Of a stretch of 64,000 bases of DNA, positions 40,739 through 51,103 are shown piece after piece; the first letter of the stretch is position 1; each line of letters starts with the position of its first letter. Below the pieces are notes generated by a model. It searched no databases. It saw only the letters and a list, made by a program, of their open reading frames with translations, and was not told where the DNA came from. The position numbers and the translations under genes were made by a program. The stretch is from Gammaproteobacteria bacterium (GTDB taxonomy: Bacteria; Pseudomonadota; Gammaproteobacteria; UBA4575), in the NCBI GenBank assembly GCA_965222615.1, contig CBDCUI010000008.1, positions 288,001-352,000 on the forward strand. Direction: 5' to 3'.

Positions 40739-41812
40739 ATGAGTATTACTCCACAAAATTTATTCCGGCAGGAGCTTGCAACCATGCAAGCTTATCAAGT
40801 CCCTGATTCCGATGGTTTTGTTAAATTGGACGCGATGGAGAATCCTTATCCATTTCCTGAAGCGTTACAGGATCAGTGGCTAAGTACGCTGAAAAATGTA
40901 GCATTGAATCGATATCCTGATCCGCAAGCAAGTCGACTTAAGGAAAGTTTTCGTAAGGTTTTTGCGTTCTCGCCTAAGCTGGAAATCATGTTGGGTAATG
41001 GATCAGACGAGTTGATCCAGTTATTGATACTTGCCGTTGCTAAACCTGATGCTTGTATTCTGACGGTAACGCCTAGTTTTTCAATGTATAAACTCATTGC
41101 TGAATACGTAGGGGTACGCGTAATCGAAATACCACTCGTTACTGAATCCTTTGCTTTACCAATAGAATTGATAAGCAAAGCAATTAAAAAACATAAGCCT
41201 GCATTGATTTTTTTAGCCTGTCCAAATAATCCCACTGGAACACTTTGGCCATTAGAAAAAGTTGAACAAATTGTGCAAGAGACATCCGGATTAGTAATCG
41301 TTGACGAGGCTTATACACCATTTACTGCTTATTCTTTAATATCGCTAATTGAAAAGTATCCGCATGCCTTGATGCTACGCACATTGTCAAAAATGGGTTT
41401 GGCAGGGTTACGCTTGGGTTGGTTAATGGGGGAAGAGCAATGGTTGACTGAACTTAATAAACTACGCTTGCCATATAATATTAATGCCCTAACGCAAGCT
41501 AGTGCTGAATTTGCTTTGCACAATATTTCGGTTTTCGATGAGCAAGCACGACGCATATGTGATCAACGCGAACAATTGATTAACGCAATGCAGAATATTA
41601 AAGGTATCAAAGTTTTTCCAAGCGAAGCAAACTTTATTTTGTTTAAAACCATACATAAAGATGCTGAACTCGTATTCAACTACTTAATCGAAAATAAAAT
41701 AATGATAAAAAATGTAGCGAATAACGACCTACTTAAAGATTGTTTACGTGTTACAGTGGGCACAGAGAGTGAAAATCAGATTTTTCTTGCTGCCCTCAAA
41801 GAGGCCGTTTAA
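40739..41812 (+). CDS. hisC: Histidinol-phosphate aminotransferase
   Basis: KLDAMENP, NRYPD, GNGSDELI, PNNPTG, DEAY, RTLSK..LAGLRLG. Confidence 0.96.
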   Translation: MSITPQNLFRQELATMQAYQVPDSDGFVKLDAMENPYPFPEALQDQWLSTLKNVALNRYPDPQASRLKESFRKVFAFSPKLEIMLGNGSDELIQLLILAVAKPDACILTVTPSFSMYKLIAEYVGVRVIEIPLVTESFALPIELISKAIKKHKPALIFLACPNNPTGTLWPLEKVEQIVQETSGLVIVDEAYTPFTAYSLISLIEKYPHALMLRTLSKMGLAGLRLGWLMGEEQWLTELNKLRLPYNINALTQASAEFALHNISVFDEQARRICDQREQLINAMQNIKGIKVFPSEANFILFKTIHKDAELVFNYLIENKIMIKNVANNDLLKDCLRVTVGTESENQIFLAALKEAV

Positions 41813-41823
41813 CAAGTTTTATT

Positions 41824-42972
41824 TCAACGATAAATTGGGCGCTGGTCTATTTTAATTTTCTTAGTAAATTTCTTGCCTCTACGCAATCCTGTAATCATTA
41901 CCTGGTCTCCAGGTTTGCGGCCTGCAATTTCATTTTGAATCATTTTTGCATCTCCAGTGTCTTGATCATCAAAACGCAAAATGATGTCGCCCGGAATAAT
42001 TCCAGCTTCATAAGCCGGACTGTGGCGTACAATTCCAGCGACTAATACACCTGCCTGATTACTCAGCCCAAATGATTCTGCTAATTGCGGAGATATATTT
42101 TGTAATTCCAAACCTAACCAACCGCGTATAACGCGGCCATGTTGAATAATTTGTGTCATTACATTCAATGCCAATCCAATTGGAATGGCAAAGCCGATTC
42201 CCTGTGAACCACCTGATTTTGAAAAAATTGCGGTATTGATCCCTACCAGCTCACCATAGGCATTGATTAATGCGCCACCAGAGTTTCCGGGATTAATCGC
42301 GGCATCTGTTTGGATAAAATTTTCAAAGGTATTAATGCCCAGGCGGTTTCTGCCGGTCGCACTAATGATTCCTTGGGTAACGGTTTGTCCAAAGCCGAAT
42401 GGGTTACCAATGGCCAAAACGACGTCACCGACTTCTAATTTACTTGAATCCCGAATCACGACTGTGGGTAGATTTTTAACATCTATAGTCAGCACGGCCA
42501 GATCGGTTTCCGGATCAGCGCCAACAACATTTGCAGTAACGGTGGTGCCATCCGCTAATAACACTTCTATTTCGTCGGCATTTTCAATCACATGGTTATT
42601 CGTCAATACATAACCTTGCGGGCTCATAATTACACCGGAGCCTAAACTGGTTTGTGTCCGTTGGTGTAGATTGTTGCGTTCACCAAAAAACCGGCGAAAA
42701 AGAGGACTGTTAAAAATAGGCCTACGATCCGAAGCTACGACTGTCCTTGTATAAATGTTTACTACGGCAGGGGCAGCGCGTTGTACGGCTTGTGCATAAG
42801 AAACTGGTCCTGAGCTGGGAACTACCGAGCGATCAGTCTGATCTTCTAAAAATTCAACGACCGGGCGTTTATCTAATATATGGTCGGGTAAAAAAACTAA
42901 CAGCAATATGGCTGCCAATACCCCTACGGCAATGGCTTGAAAAATAAACAATAATAATTTGCGTATATTCAT
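41824..42972 (-). CDS. degS: Periplasmic serine protease DegS/AlgW (trypsin domain plus one PDZ)
   Basis: N-terminal anchor, LTNNHVI, TDLAVL, QTDAAINPGNSGG, single PDZ. Confidence 0.9.
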   Translation of the reverse strand: MNIRKLLLFIFQAIAVGVLAAILLLVFLPDHILDKRPVVEFLEDQTDRSVVPSSGPVSYAQAVQRAAPAVVNIYTRTVVASDRRPIFNSPLFRRFFGERNNLHQRTQTSLGSGVIMSPQGYVLTNNHVIENADEIEVLLADGTTVTANVVGADPETDLAVLTIDVKNLPTVVIRDSSKLEVGDVVLAIGNPFGFGQTVTQGIISATGRNRLGINTFENFIQTDAAINPGNSGGALINAYGELVGINTAIFSKSGGSQGIGFAIPIGLALNVMTQIIQHGRVIRGWLGLELQNISPQLAESFGLSNQAGVLVAGIVRHSPAYEAGIIPGDIILRFDDQDTGDAKMIQNEIAGRKPGDQVMITGLRRGKKFTKKIKIDQRPIYR

Positions 42973-43019
42973 AGTTACACATACCCTACCACGATCGTAA
43001 TTTGGCCGATGTATGCCTT

Positions 43020-43778
43020 ATGGTGACGTTACAAGACCTTACAAACTACACAGATACTTTTTTACAAATTGATCGCTTTAAAGACTATTGTCCAAATGGG
43101 TTGCAAGTTGAGGGGAAAGGTGAAATTGAGCGAATTGTAACCGGTGTAACGGCAAATCAGGCATTGTTGGATGAGGCTTGTGTAAAGCAAGCCGATGCAA
43201 TTTTAGTCCACCATGGTTATTTTTGGCGCAATGAAGATCCGCGCGTAACCGGTATAAAACGTAAACGATTAGCTGCATTAATATACAATGAAATTAGTTT
43301 AATTGCTTATCATTTACCGCTCGATGCGCATCCTGAAATTGGAAATAATGTTCAACTTGCGAGGTTGTTGGGAATCGAAATTGATGATGTGCTGCAATCT
43401 GATAGTAGTTCCATAGCTGGAAGTATTGGGCATTTTCCTCGGCTCATAGAAGCTGAAGACTTAAAACACCTTATTGATTCGATGCTTACTCGAACTTGTA
43501 CCCATGTACCTGCAGGGCCCTCCAAAATTAAAACCATAGGTTGGTGCACGGGTGCTGGGCAAGATTTTATAGAATTGGCCATCGCGCAAAATTTAGATGC
43601 TTATCTAAGTGGGGAAATTTCAGAACCCACGGCACATTTAGCTCGAGAAGCTGGAATACACTATTTTGCTGCCGGGCATCATGCCACGGAGCGCTATGGT
43701 ATTCGAGCATTGGGAGAACATCTGGCGCAAAAATTTGATGTTTTGCATAAATTTGTGGATATCGATAACCCCGCGTAA
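43020..43778 (+). CDS. Nif3-like dinuclear metal centre protein (YbgI family)
   Basis: DYCPNGLQVEG, VHHGYFW, YHLPLDAH, GHHATERYG. Confidence 0.94.
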   Translation: MVTLQDLTNYTDTFLQIDRFKDYCPNGLQVEGKGEIERIVTGVTANQALLDEACVKQADAILVHHGYFWRNEDPRVTGIKRKRLAALIYNEISLIAYHLPLDAHPEIGNNVQLARLLGIEIDDVLQSDSSSIAGSIGHFPRLIEAEDLKHLIDSMLTRTCTHVPAGPSKIKTIGWCTGAGQDFIELAIAQNLDAYLSGEISEPTAHLAREAGIHYFAAGHHATERYGIRALGEHLAQKFDVLHKFVDIDNPA

Positions 43779-43889
43779 TTAAAGCATTTTTTTTACTTTT
43801 ACTTGACGAAATTTGGAACATGCGCCATCCTACGCGTCTTTTGTAAATAGATGTTCTTAATAAATCAAAGAATGTCGGTACAGAATATC

Positions 43890-44053
43890 TAAGGGAGCTA
43901 TGATTTATTAATGAAATGACTGAGATGAGGCAAAATGATTTCGAAAAACGGAATGTATACTTGCTTTATTTTCTTGGCACACGAGAGTATTTCGAGAAAT
44001 CATTACTAATTCATCTTTTTTGGAACATATCAGAATAAATCTGAGCTTTTGTA
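43890..44053. mobile_element. Palindromic MITE-like element, inverted orientation, no nested cassette
   Basis: Ends taagggagctatgatttatt / aataaatctgagcttttgta. Reverse complement aligns to 40491-40711 (tcgaaatc.ttttgcctc.t.tcag.catt.cattaataaatca). Confidence 0.75.
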
Positions 44054-44132
44054 AATACAAATATCGTTTATCATCATTCACGCTAACAATTATATTGGCG
44101 TTTCGATTGTCGCGAGTGAGGAGAACTTCTAG

Positions 44133-44732
44133 ATGTCAAAGGATAGTGTAGATCATGGTCGTCGCAAGGCGCTAACAGGTAGTGTTGCAGTTGTTGGAGG
44201 TATTGGATCTGCGATCGCGCTTTGGCCTTTTGCTTCCAGTATGAATCCAAGTGCAAGTGCCTTAGCAGCCGGTGCCCCGGTAGAAGTAGATGTAAGTAAA
44301 ATGGAGCCCGGCCAACTGATTCAAGAAATTTATCGACGAAAACCAATCTGGATTATTCGTCGTACTCCTGAAATGGTGCATACCCTGAGTAAGTTAACCG
44401 AAAAATTACGCGATCCAAATTCTGAAGAAATGCAACAACCCGAATTTGCGCAGAACGAATTTCGATCCATTAATGAAGAATATCTTGTACTCGTTGGGAT
44501 TTGCACACATCTGGGTTGTTCACCTGAATTTCGACCTGAACCAGGTTCAGAAGGGTTAGGCGCTAGTTGGCTTGGTGGTTTTTATTGCGCTTGTCATGGT
44601 TCCAGGTTTGATTTGGCTGGACGTGTCTATAAAAACGTGCCGGCAAATAAAAATCTTGAAGTTCCAAAGTATTATTTTCCTAGTGAAGGAAGGATTTTAA
44701 TTGGCATGACAAAAGAAGAGGCATCGGCATGA
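44133..44732 (+). CDS. petA: Ubiquinol-cytochrome c reductase Rieske subunit
   Basis: Tat-like RRK anchor; CTHLGC and CACHGS. Confidence 0.97.
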   Translation: MSKDSVDHGRRKALTGSVAVVGGIGSAIALWPFASSMNPSASALAAGAPVEVDVSKMEPGQLIQEIYRRKPIWIIRRTPEMVHTLSKLTEKLRDPNSEEMQQPEFAQNEFRSINEEYLVLVGICTHLGCSPEFRPEPGSEGLGASWLGGFYCACHGSRFDLAGRVYKNVPANKNLEVPKYYFPSEGRILIGMTKEEASA

Positions 44733-46120
44733 GTGATCAATCGCAAGGACTTATGGGATGGATTGATGCGCGCTTTCCACTTACTAAAATGTGGAAAGAA
44801 CATTTGTCTGAATATTATGCGCCTAAAAATTTCAACTTCTGGTATTTCTTTGGCTCGTTGGCGTTACTTGTTCTAGTTATTCAAATCTTTAGTGGTATCT
44901 TCTTGACGATGCACTATAAACCTGATGCAGAATTAGCGTTTGCATCGGTAGAGCATATTATGCGTGATGTAAATTGGGGCTGGTTAATTCGTTACATGCA
45001 TTCCACTGGGGCATCATTCTTTTTTATTGTTGTGTACTTACACATGTTTCGGGGCTTGATATATGGCTCGTTTAAAAACCCGCGTGAATTGATTTGGATT
45101 TTTGGGATGTTAATTTATGTTGCGCTAATGGCAGAGGCCTTTATGGGCTATTTGTTGCCATGGGGAAATATGTCCTACTGGGGTGCGCAAGTAATTATTA
45201 ATTTATTCAATACCATTCCATTTGTTGGTGAAGCGATCTCTGAATGGATTCGCGGTGACTTTGTAATTTCGGATGCTACCTTAAACAGATTTTTTTCTTT
45301 GCATGTCATTGCAGTGCCGTTGGCATTACTAGGTCTAGTCGTTGGCCATATCTTGGCGCTGCATGAAGTTGGTTCAAATAATCCAGATGGTGTGGAAATT
45401 AAAAAGAATAAAGGACCAGATGGTATCCCTGTGGATGGAATTCCCTTTCACCCTTATTACACCGTTAAGGATATTTTTGGTGCCTGTGTCTTTTTGGCTA
45501 TCTTTGCCTTTGTTGTATTTTTTATACCGGAAATGAATGGCTACTTTTTAGAGCATGCTAATTTTGACCCTGCTAATGCATTAAATACACCTGATCATAT
45601 TGCTCCAATTTGGTATTTCACACCTTTCTATACGGTATTGCGTGCAATCCCCAATCCCTTTGGTGGCTTCATGGCAATGGGTCTTGCGATTGTGGTGTTG
45701 TTTTTCTTACCTTGGATTGATCGTAATCCCATCAAATCGATTCGCTATCGCAGTTTCTTATTTAAGATAAATATTATTATTTTTGCGATTGTATTTATCA
45801 TTTTGGGTTGGCTGGGCTTGAATCCGGTAACGCCTCTCTATTCACAGCTGGCTTTGCGTTTCACAGAACTTTATTTTCTGTTTTTCTTTGTACTTTGGGC
45901 CTATAGTAAACATAGATCCAATGGATTCTGGATTGGTAGCTTTGTCGTGCTTCTGGCTGGAATTACCTTTTACGACATATTCATGAACAGCTCTGAAAGT
46001 CCCTTATTAATTTGGAAAACTTGGGTTATTCCTGCTGCTTATCTTGTTATAACTCTATTATTACCTTTTTTGACCAGTTGGGATCAGGATAAAGAAGTTC
46101 CTGAGAGGGTAACATCATGA
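44729..46120 (+). CDS. petB: Cytochrome b of the bc1 complex
   Basis: RYMHSTGAS, YLHMFRG, PWGNMSYWG, FFSLHV, PIWY (PEWY-like) motif. Confidence 0.97.
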   Translation: MSDQSQGLMGWIDARFPLTKMWKEHLSEYYAPKNFNFWYFFGSLALLVLVIQIFSGIFLTMHYKPDAELAFASVEHIMRDVNWGWLIRYMHSTGASFFFIVVYLHMFRGLIYGSFKNPRELIWIFGMLIYVALMAEAFMGYLLPWGNMSYWGAQVIINLFNTIPFVGEAISEWIRGDFVISDATLNRFFSLHVIAVPLALLGLVVGHILALHEVGSNNPDGVEIKKNKGPDGIPVDGIPFHPYYTVKDIFGACVFLAIFAFVVFFIPEMNGYFLEHANFDPANALNTPDHIAPIWYFTPFYTVLRAIPNPFGGFMAMGLAIVVLFFLPWIDRNPIKSIRYRSFLFKINIIIFAIVFIILGWLGLNPVTPLYSQLALRFTELYFLFFFVLWAYSKHRSNGFWIGSFVVLLAGITFYDIFMNSSESPLLIWKTWVIPAAYLVITLLLPFLTSWDQDKEVPERVTS

Positions 46121-46878
46121 GAGTACTGGTAAGTTTATTATTCGTTTTACTGGTGTTAGTTGCTAACCCGGCGTGGAGTGCTGGTGGTAGTAACCACGAA
46201 AAAGGTGCGTTTGGTCACGTAAATATTGATTTAAAAAATAAAGCTTCACTGCAACGTGGTGCCAAGTATTTCGTTAACTACTGTCTGAGTTGTCATCCTG
46301 CTCAGCATAGTCGGTACAAGCGAGTGGCAGATGATTTGGGTATTAGTGAAGAAATCATGATGGAAAATTTAATCTTCACAGGACAAAAGTTTGGTGATTT
46401 GATGACAGTAGCCATGAAGCGTGAAGATGCAAAAAAATGGTTTTTAGGTATTGATCCGCCAGATTTAAGTACTCATGTGCGTGCCATTGGACCTCAAGCG
46501 GTTTATGAATTTCTTAAAACTTTTTATATAGATGACTCGCGCCCATTTGGTGTAAACAATTTGCATCTTAATAATACTGCCATGCCGCATGTATTAGCAG
46601 ACTTGCAGGGTTTGCAAAAAGCTGTATTCCACAAAAGCAAAGGTAAGAATGGTAAGGAACATGATGAATTTGATAAATTTGAAGTTGTTCAACCAGGCGC
46701 TCTAAGTGAAAAGGAATATACGCAAGTAGTTACTGATATCGTAAATTTTTTGGCTTATCTGAGCGAACCGGCTCAACTTGTACGCAAAAAAATAGGTATT
46801 GGCGTATTATTATTTCTTGCTGTATTAGGTCTACTTTCTTACTTCTTGAAAAAGAATTACTGGAAAGATGTGCACTAG
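46117..46878 (+). CDS. petC: Cytochrome c1
   Basis: Signal peptide, SLQRGAK, CLSCH heme motif, PPDLS, AMPHVL, C-terminal TM helix. Confidence 0.96.
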   Translation: MRVLVSLLFVLLVLVANPAWSAGGSNHEKGAFGHVNIDLKNKASLQRGAKYFVNYCLSCHPAQHSRYKRVADDLGISEEIMMENLIFTGQKFGDLMTVAMKREDAKKWFLGIDPPDLSTHVRAIGPQAVYEFLKTFYIDDSRPFGVNNLHLNNTAMPHVLADLQGLQKAVFHKSKGKNGKEHDEFDKFEVVQPGALSEKEYTQVVTDIVNFLAYLSEPAQLVRKKIGIGVLLFLAVLGLLSYFLKKNYWKDVH

Positions 46879-46925
46879 CTTTTTTCCAAAATAACAATAA
46901 TTACTTCTAAACTAAGAGATTCATA

Positions 46926-47555
46926 ATGGCATTAGTTGCAAATCGTCGTTCAGGGATGACTTTATTTTCGGATCCACGCTGTCCACAAAGTCATCGAACA
47001 AGAATTGTATTAGCAGAAAAGGATATTACCGTTGATGTTGTTCATATCGATCCAAATAATAAGCCTGAAGATTTGCTGGATGTAAATCCTTATAACTCGG
47101 TCCCTACTTTAATTGATCGTGAGCTCGTGTTATATGACGCACGTGTAATTATGGAATATCTGGATGAGCGTTTTCCACACCCGCCATTAATGCCTGTGGA
47201 CCCAGTGTCACGATCTAAATCTAGATTGGCATTGTTTCACATTGAAAAAGACTGGTATGTGCCATTGGATGATGTAGGTTCAGATAATCCTGACATCGCC
47301 AATCGTGCTAGAAAAAATCTGCAAGAAAGCATGCTTGCTGCTATAGAATTATTTAAAGCAAAGCCTTATTTTCTAAGTGACGAATTTAGCTTAGTAGATT
47401 CAAGCATTGCACCGATTCTTTGGAGGTTGCCTAGTTTTGGAATTAAATTAGGTGCTTCGGCAAAACCGATTATGGAATATGCCGAGCGAGTATTCGATCG
47501 GCCATCATTTAGAAGTAGCTTATCTGAAGAAGAAGTAGAAATGTGGCCAGGTTAG
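46926..47555 (+). CDS. sspA: Stringent starvation protein A
   Basis: NPYNSVPTL.DR and EYLDERFPHPPLMPV.PV.R motifs. Confidence 0.96.
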   Translation: MALVANRRSGMTLFSDPRCPQSHRTRIVLAEKDITVDVVHIDPNNKPEDLLDVNPYNSVPTLIDRELVLYDARVIMEYLDERFPHPPLMPVDPVSRSKSRLALFHIEKDWYVPLDDVGSDNPDIANRARKNLQESMLAAIELFKAKPYFLSDEFSLVDSSIAPILWRLPSFGIKLGASAKPIMEYAERVFDRPSFRSSLSEEEVEMWPG

Positions 47556-47616
47556 TTTGTGCTGTGCATAGATGAGCTAGTATGGCTTTAGTGATAATTA
47601 TTTTGTAAATCGAGTT

Positions 47617-48000
47617 ATGACACCAAGTCGGCCTTATTTAATACGTGCCATGTATGAATGGATTGTTGATAATGGGATGACGCCATACATTCTTGCAGAC
47701 ACGAGTAGCGATCAAGTAAAAATTCCTCGTCAGTATGAGGAGGATGGAAAAATTGTATTGAATATAGGTCCAACAGCAGTGCAGTCACTTGACTTAGGGC
47801 AAGAAGCGGTATGCTTTGATGCAAGATTCGATAGTCAACCGATGACTGTAGTGGTTCCCATCGAATTCGTGTTGGCAATTTATACACGTGAAAATGGCCA
47901 AGGGATGATGTTTGCTGATGAAGATGAATTGCCACCAACAGATGGCTCTGAAGATGACTCCCCTAAACCCAAGGGTACGCATCTGCGTGTAGTTAAATAG
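47617..48000 (+). CDS. sspB: ClpXP adaptor SspB
   Basis: RPYLIRAMYEWIVDN; RENGQGM; C-terminal LRVVK. Confidence 0.97.
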   Translation: MTPSRPYLIRAMYEWIVDNGMTPYILADTSSDQVKIPRQYEEDGKIVLNIGPTAVQSLDLGQEAVCFDARFDSQPMTVVVPIEFVLAIYTRENGQGMMFADEDELPPTDGSEDDSPKPKGTHLRVVK

Positions 48001-48021
48001 CTCGACTCTTAGATTTTGATC

Positions 48022-48528
48022 ATGATTGAAGTTTTACAAGATGACATCACTACACTAAAAGTAGATGCTATAGTAAATGCAGCAAACAATAGTTTACTAG
48101 GTGGTGGTGGAGTAGATGGGGCGATACATCGTGCTGCTGGTCTACAGCTTAGTAAATTTAACAAGACATTAGGCGGTTGTGAAACAGGCGATGCAAAGCT
48201 TTCTCCAGGTTTTAATTTACAAGCCAAACACATTATTCATACAGTAGGTCCTGTTTGGCAAGGTGGAAATTCGGGAGAACCAGAATTATTAAAACAATGT
48301 TATCAACGTTGTTTTGAAATTGCCTTAGCTAATCAAATTCAAACCATAGCTTTTCCTGCAATCAGTACAGGTGTGTACGGTTATCCAAAAGAAGCCGCAG
48401 CTTTAATCGCTACCCAACAAATGCGTGAATTTGAATCAAAATTTAAAACCATCATTGCTTGTTGTTTTAGCGAAGTGGATGTTGAAATTTATAAGCGAAT
48501 GTTAGGTAACAATACCCAAGCCGCCTAG
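48022..48528 (+). CDS. ymdB: Macro domain O-acetyl-ADP-ribose deacetylase (YmdB-like)
   Basis: DAIVNAAN..LLGGGGVDGAIH, IHTVGPVW, AFPAISTGVYGYP. Confidence 0.92.
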   Translation: MIEVLQDDITTLKVDAIVNAANNSLLGGGGVDGAIHRAAGLQLSKFNKTLGGCETGDAKLSPGFNLQAKHIIHTVGPVWQGGNSGEPELLKQCYQRCFEIALANQIQTIAFPAISTGVYGYPKEAAALIATQQMREFESKFKTIIACCFSEVDVEIYKRMLGNNTQAA

Positions 48529-48670
48529 AATCTTTCTCAAAATACATCTAGTACGCTAATATCGCGTTGCAGATCTTTCTCAAATGCTCATTTACTAGCG
48601 TATAACTCCGCTTCTCGAAAGCTCTGCGCCTTGGCTTAGCCCACTATCTACTATTTTGAGATAGATTCTG
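48526..48670. mobile_element. Palindromic MITE-like element (third end type), no nested cassette
   Basis: Starts at the TAG of the macro-domain gene; ends agaatctttctcaaaata / tattttgagatagattct; core aaatgctcatttac..gtataactccgctt. Confidence 0.78.
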
Positions 48671-48743
48671 ATATTTGTTAATGCCTGCTAACGGTCCAAG
48701 CAGATAGTAGGTATTCTAAAGATTTTAAAAGTAGAATTTGAAA

Positions 48744-50129
48744 TTAAGTGTTCGGTAATGTCTTGCCTGGATTAAGAATATTGTTTGGATCAAACTGTTG
48801 TTTGATTTTTTGCATTAAAGACAGTGTAGTAGGATCAATTTCTTTGTTGACATAGTCTCTTTTAGTAATGCCTATACCATGTTCACCTGAAAGCGTGCCA
48901 TCCAGTTTTAAAACCAATGTAAATACCTCATCGAGGCATTGTGAAGCCGCTTTGGATTCAGCCGGAATCGCAGCATCGTATAATAAATTGACATGTAAAT
49001 TCCCATTGCCTGCATGACCGAAGCTAAAGATAGAAATATTATATTTTTTGCTAAGGGCATCTAATTCTTGCAATAATTTTGGTAAGTGAGTAACAGGTAC
49101 GACGATGTCTTCATTAATTTTGTTTGGTGCAAAGCTGCGCAATGCTGGGGATAGTTTTTTTCGCGCAGCCCATAACTCTTGTTTTTGTTTTTTATTTTTT
49201 GCATTTTGAATTTTAAGGCATCCAATATTTTTTGCTGCATACAGAATAGATTCAACACTTGCATCGACATTATCGTGCAATCCGTCTACCTCAATCATTA
49301 ACATCGCTTGTGCATCTGAATCAAGATTTAAGTCGGAGTGTTTACGAATTAAATTTAATGAACCACGATCAATAAATTCAAGCGCATGGGGTAATGCATT
49401 TTGCGCAAGGATATTCACAACCGCTTCAATTGCTGAATCGGTGTCTTTGTACAAAGCACGAATCGTATCGACTCTTTCTGGCAAAGGACTGAGTTTTAAC
49501 CTAGCCTCAGTAATGATGGCTAGAATTCCTTCTGAGCCAATTAATAAACGCGTTAGATCTAATCCAACCACACCTTTAGTGGTTGCGCTGCCAGTTTGAA
49601 TGGTTTCACCTGCACCAGTTATTGCGCGTAGGCTTAATGTGTTTTCTCTGCAAGTCCCATATTTTATTGCACGTGGCCCTGCCGCATTGCAGGCAAGATT
49701 ACCGCCTACAGTACAATAGTCCGCACTGCTAGGATCGGGTGGCCAAAATAGATTATGGGTTGCTGCTTGCTTTTGTACCTCTACGTTTAAAACACCCGGT
49801 TCGACACGCATGTTTTTGTTTTTATGATCAAACTCTACGATTTGATTCATACGCTCTGTAGACAAGACTACACCTGCTTGAATCGGTACTGCTGCACCAG
49901 TTGTGCCAGTGCCACGGCCTCTGGTAGTAATAGGTATTTTATCTTCGTTACATATTCTTACGATTGCTTGAATTTGCTCGTGCTGTGTAGGTAATAGCAC
50001 TGCATCGGGACAGGCTTGTTGTTTACTGTTGTCATAGCCATAGGCCCAACATTCGCTTGTATCGGTGAATACCGAATCTTTCCCGCAAGCATCAATAAGG
50101 CGAGTAATGATGTGAGAATCTAGAGACAT
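48744..50129 (-). CDS. FAD-linked 2-hydroxyacid oxidoreductase (GlcD / D-lactate dehydrogenase family)
   Basis: RGRGTG, PPDPSS, TVGGN, GSEG.L, GHAGNGNLH, SGEHGIG, DPNNILNPGK. Confidence 0.9.
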   Translation of the reverse strand: MSLDSHIITRLIDACGKDSVFTDTSECWAYGYDNSKQQACPDAVLLPTQHEQIQAIVRICNEDKIPITTRGRGTGTTGAAVPIQAGVVLSTERMNQIVEFDHKNKNMRVEPGVLNVEVQKQAATHNLFWPPDPSSADYCTVGGNLACNAAGPRAIKYGTCRENTLSLRAITGAGETIQTGSATTKGVVGLDLTRLLIGSEGILAIITEARLKLSPLPERVDTIRALYKDTDSAIEAVVNILAQNALPHALEFIDRGSLNLIRKHSDLNLDSDAQAMLMIEVDGLHDNVDASVESILYAAKNIGCLKIQNAKNKKQKQELWAARKKLSPALRSFAPNKINEDIVVPVTHLPKLLQELDALSKKYNISIFSFGHAGNGNLHVNLLYDAAIPAESKAASQCLDEVFTLVLKLDGTLSGEHGIGITKRDYVNKEIDPTTLSLMQKIKQQFDPNNILNPGKTLPNT

Positions 50130-50150
50130 CCTTATATAACTAAGGAAAGT

Positions 50151-50747
<597 letters not shown>

Positions 50748-50755
50748 CTATAATT

Positions 50756-51103
50756 TTAATAAGCATTAAATGCGTTGCTTATCCATTGAGGATGAAAAGA
50801 CGCATCGAAACCAACAATATCAAAACGCGCAGGAGTATTTAGATGGTGTCGTGCAATATAATGGCTTGCAGTAGTGATAAGTTTTTGCATTTTATTTCTG
50901 TCTACTGAATCAATGGCAGTGCCGTGACTATCGTTTTTTCGATAACGCACTTCAACAAATACCAGTTCTTCTTTGTCCTGCATAATTAAATCTATTTCAC
51001 CATTTCTGCAGCGATAGTTCTTTTCTATAAGTGTGAGTCCTTGTTTTTGTAAAAATTGACAAGCTTTATTTTCGGCAATACTTCCTTTGTTGATCGTATT
51101 CAC
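50756..51103 (-). CDS. yraN: YraN family protein
   Basis: G..AE..A..FL, NYRCRNGEIDLIM, VFVEVRYR, RFDIV. Confidence 0.94.
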   Translation of the reverse strand: MNTINKGSIAENKACQFLQKQGLTLIEKNYRCRNGEIDLIMQDKEELVFVEVRYRKNDSHGTAIDSVDRNKMQKLITTASHYIARHHLNTPARFDIVGFDASFHPQWISNAFNAY

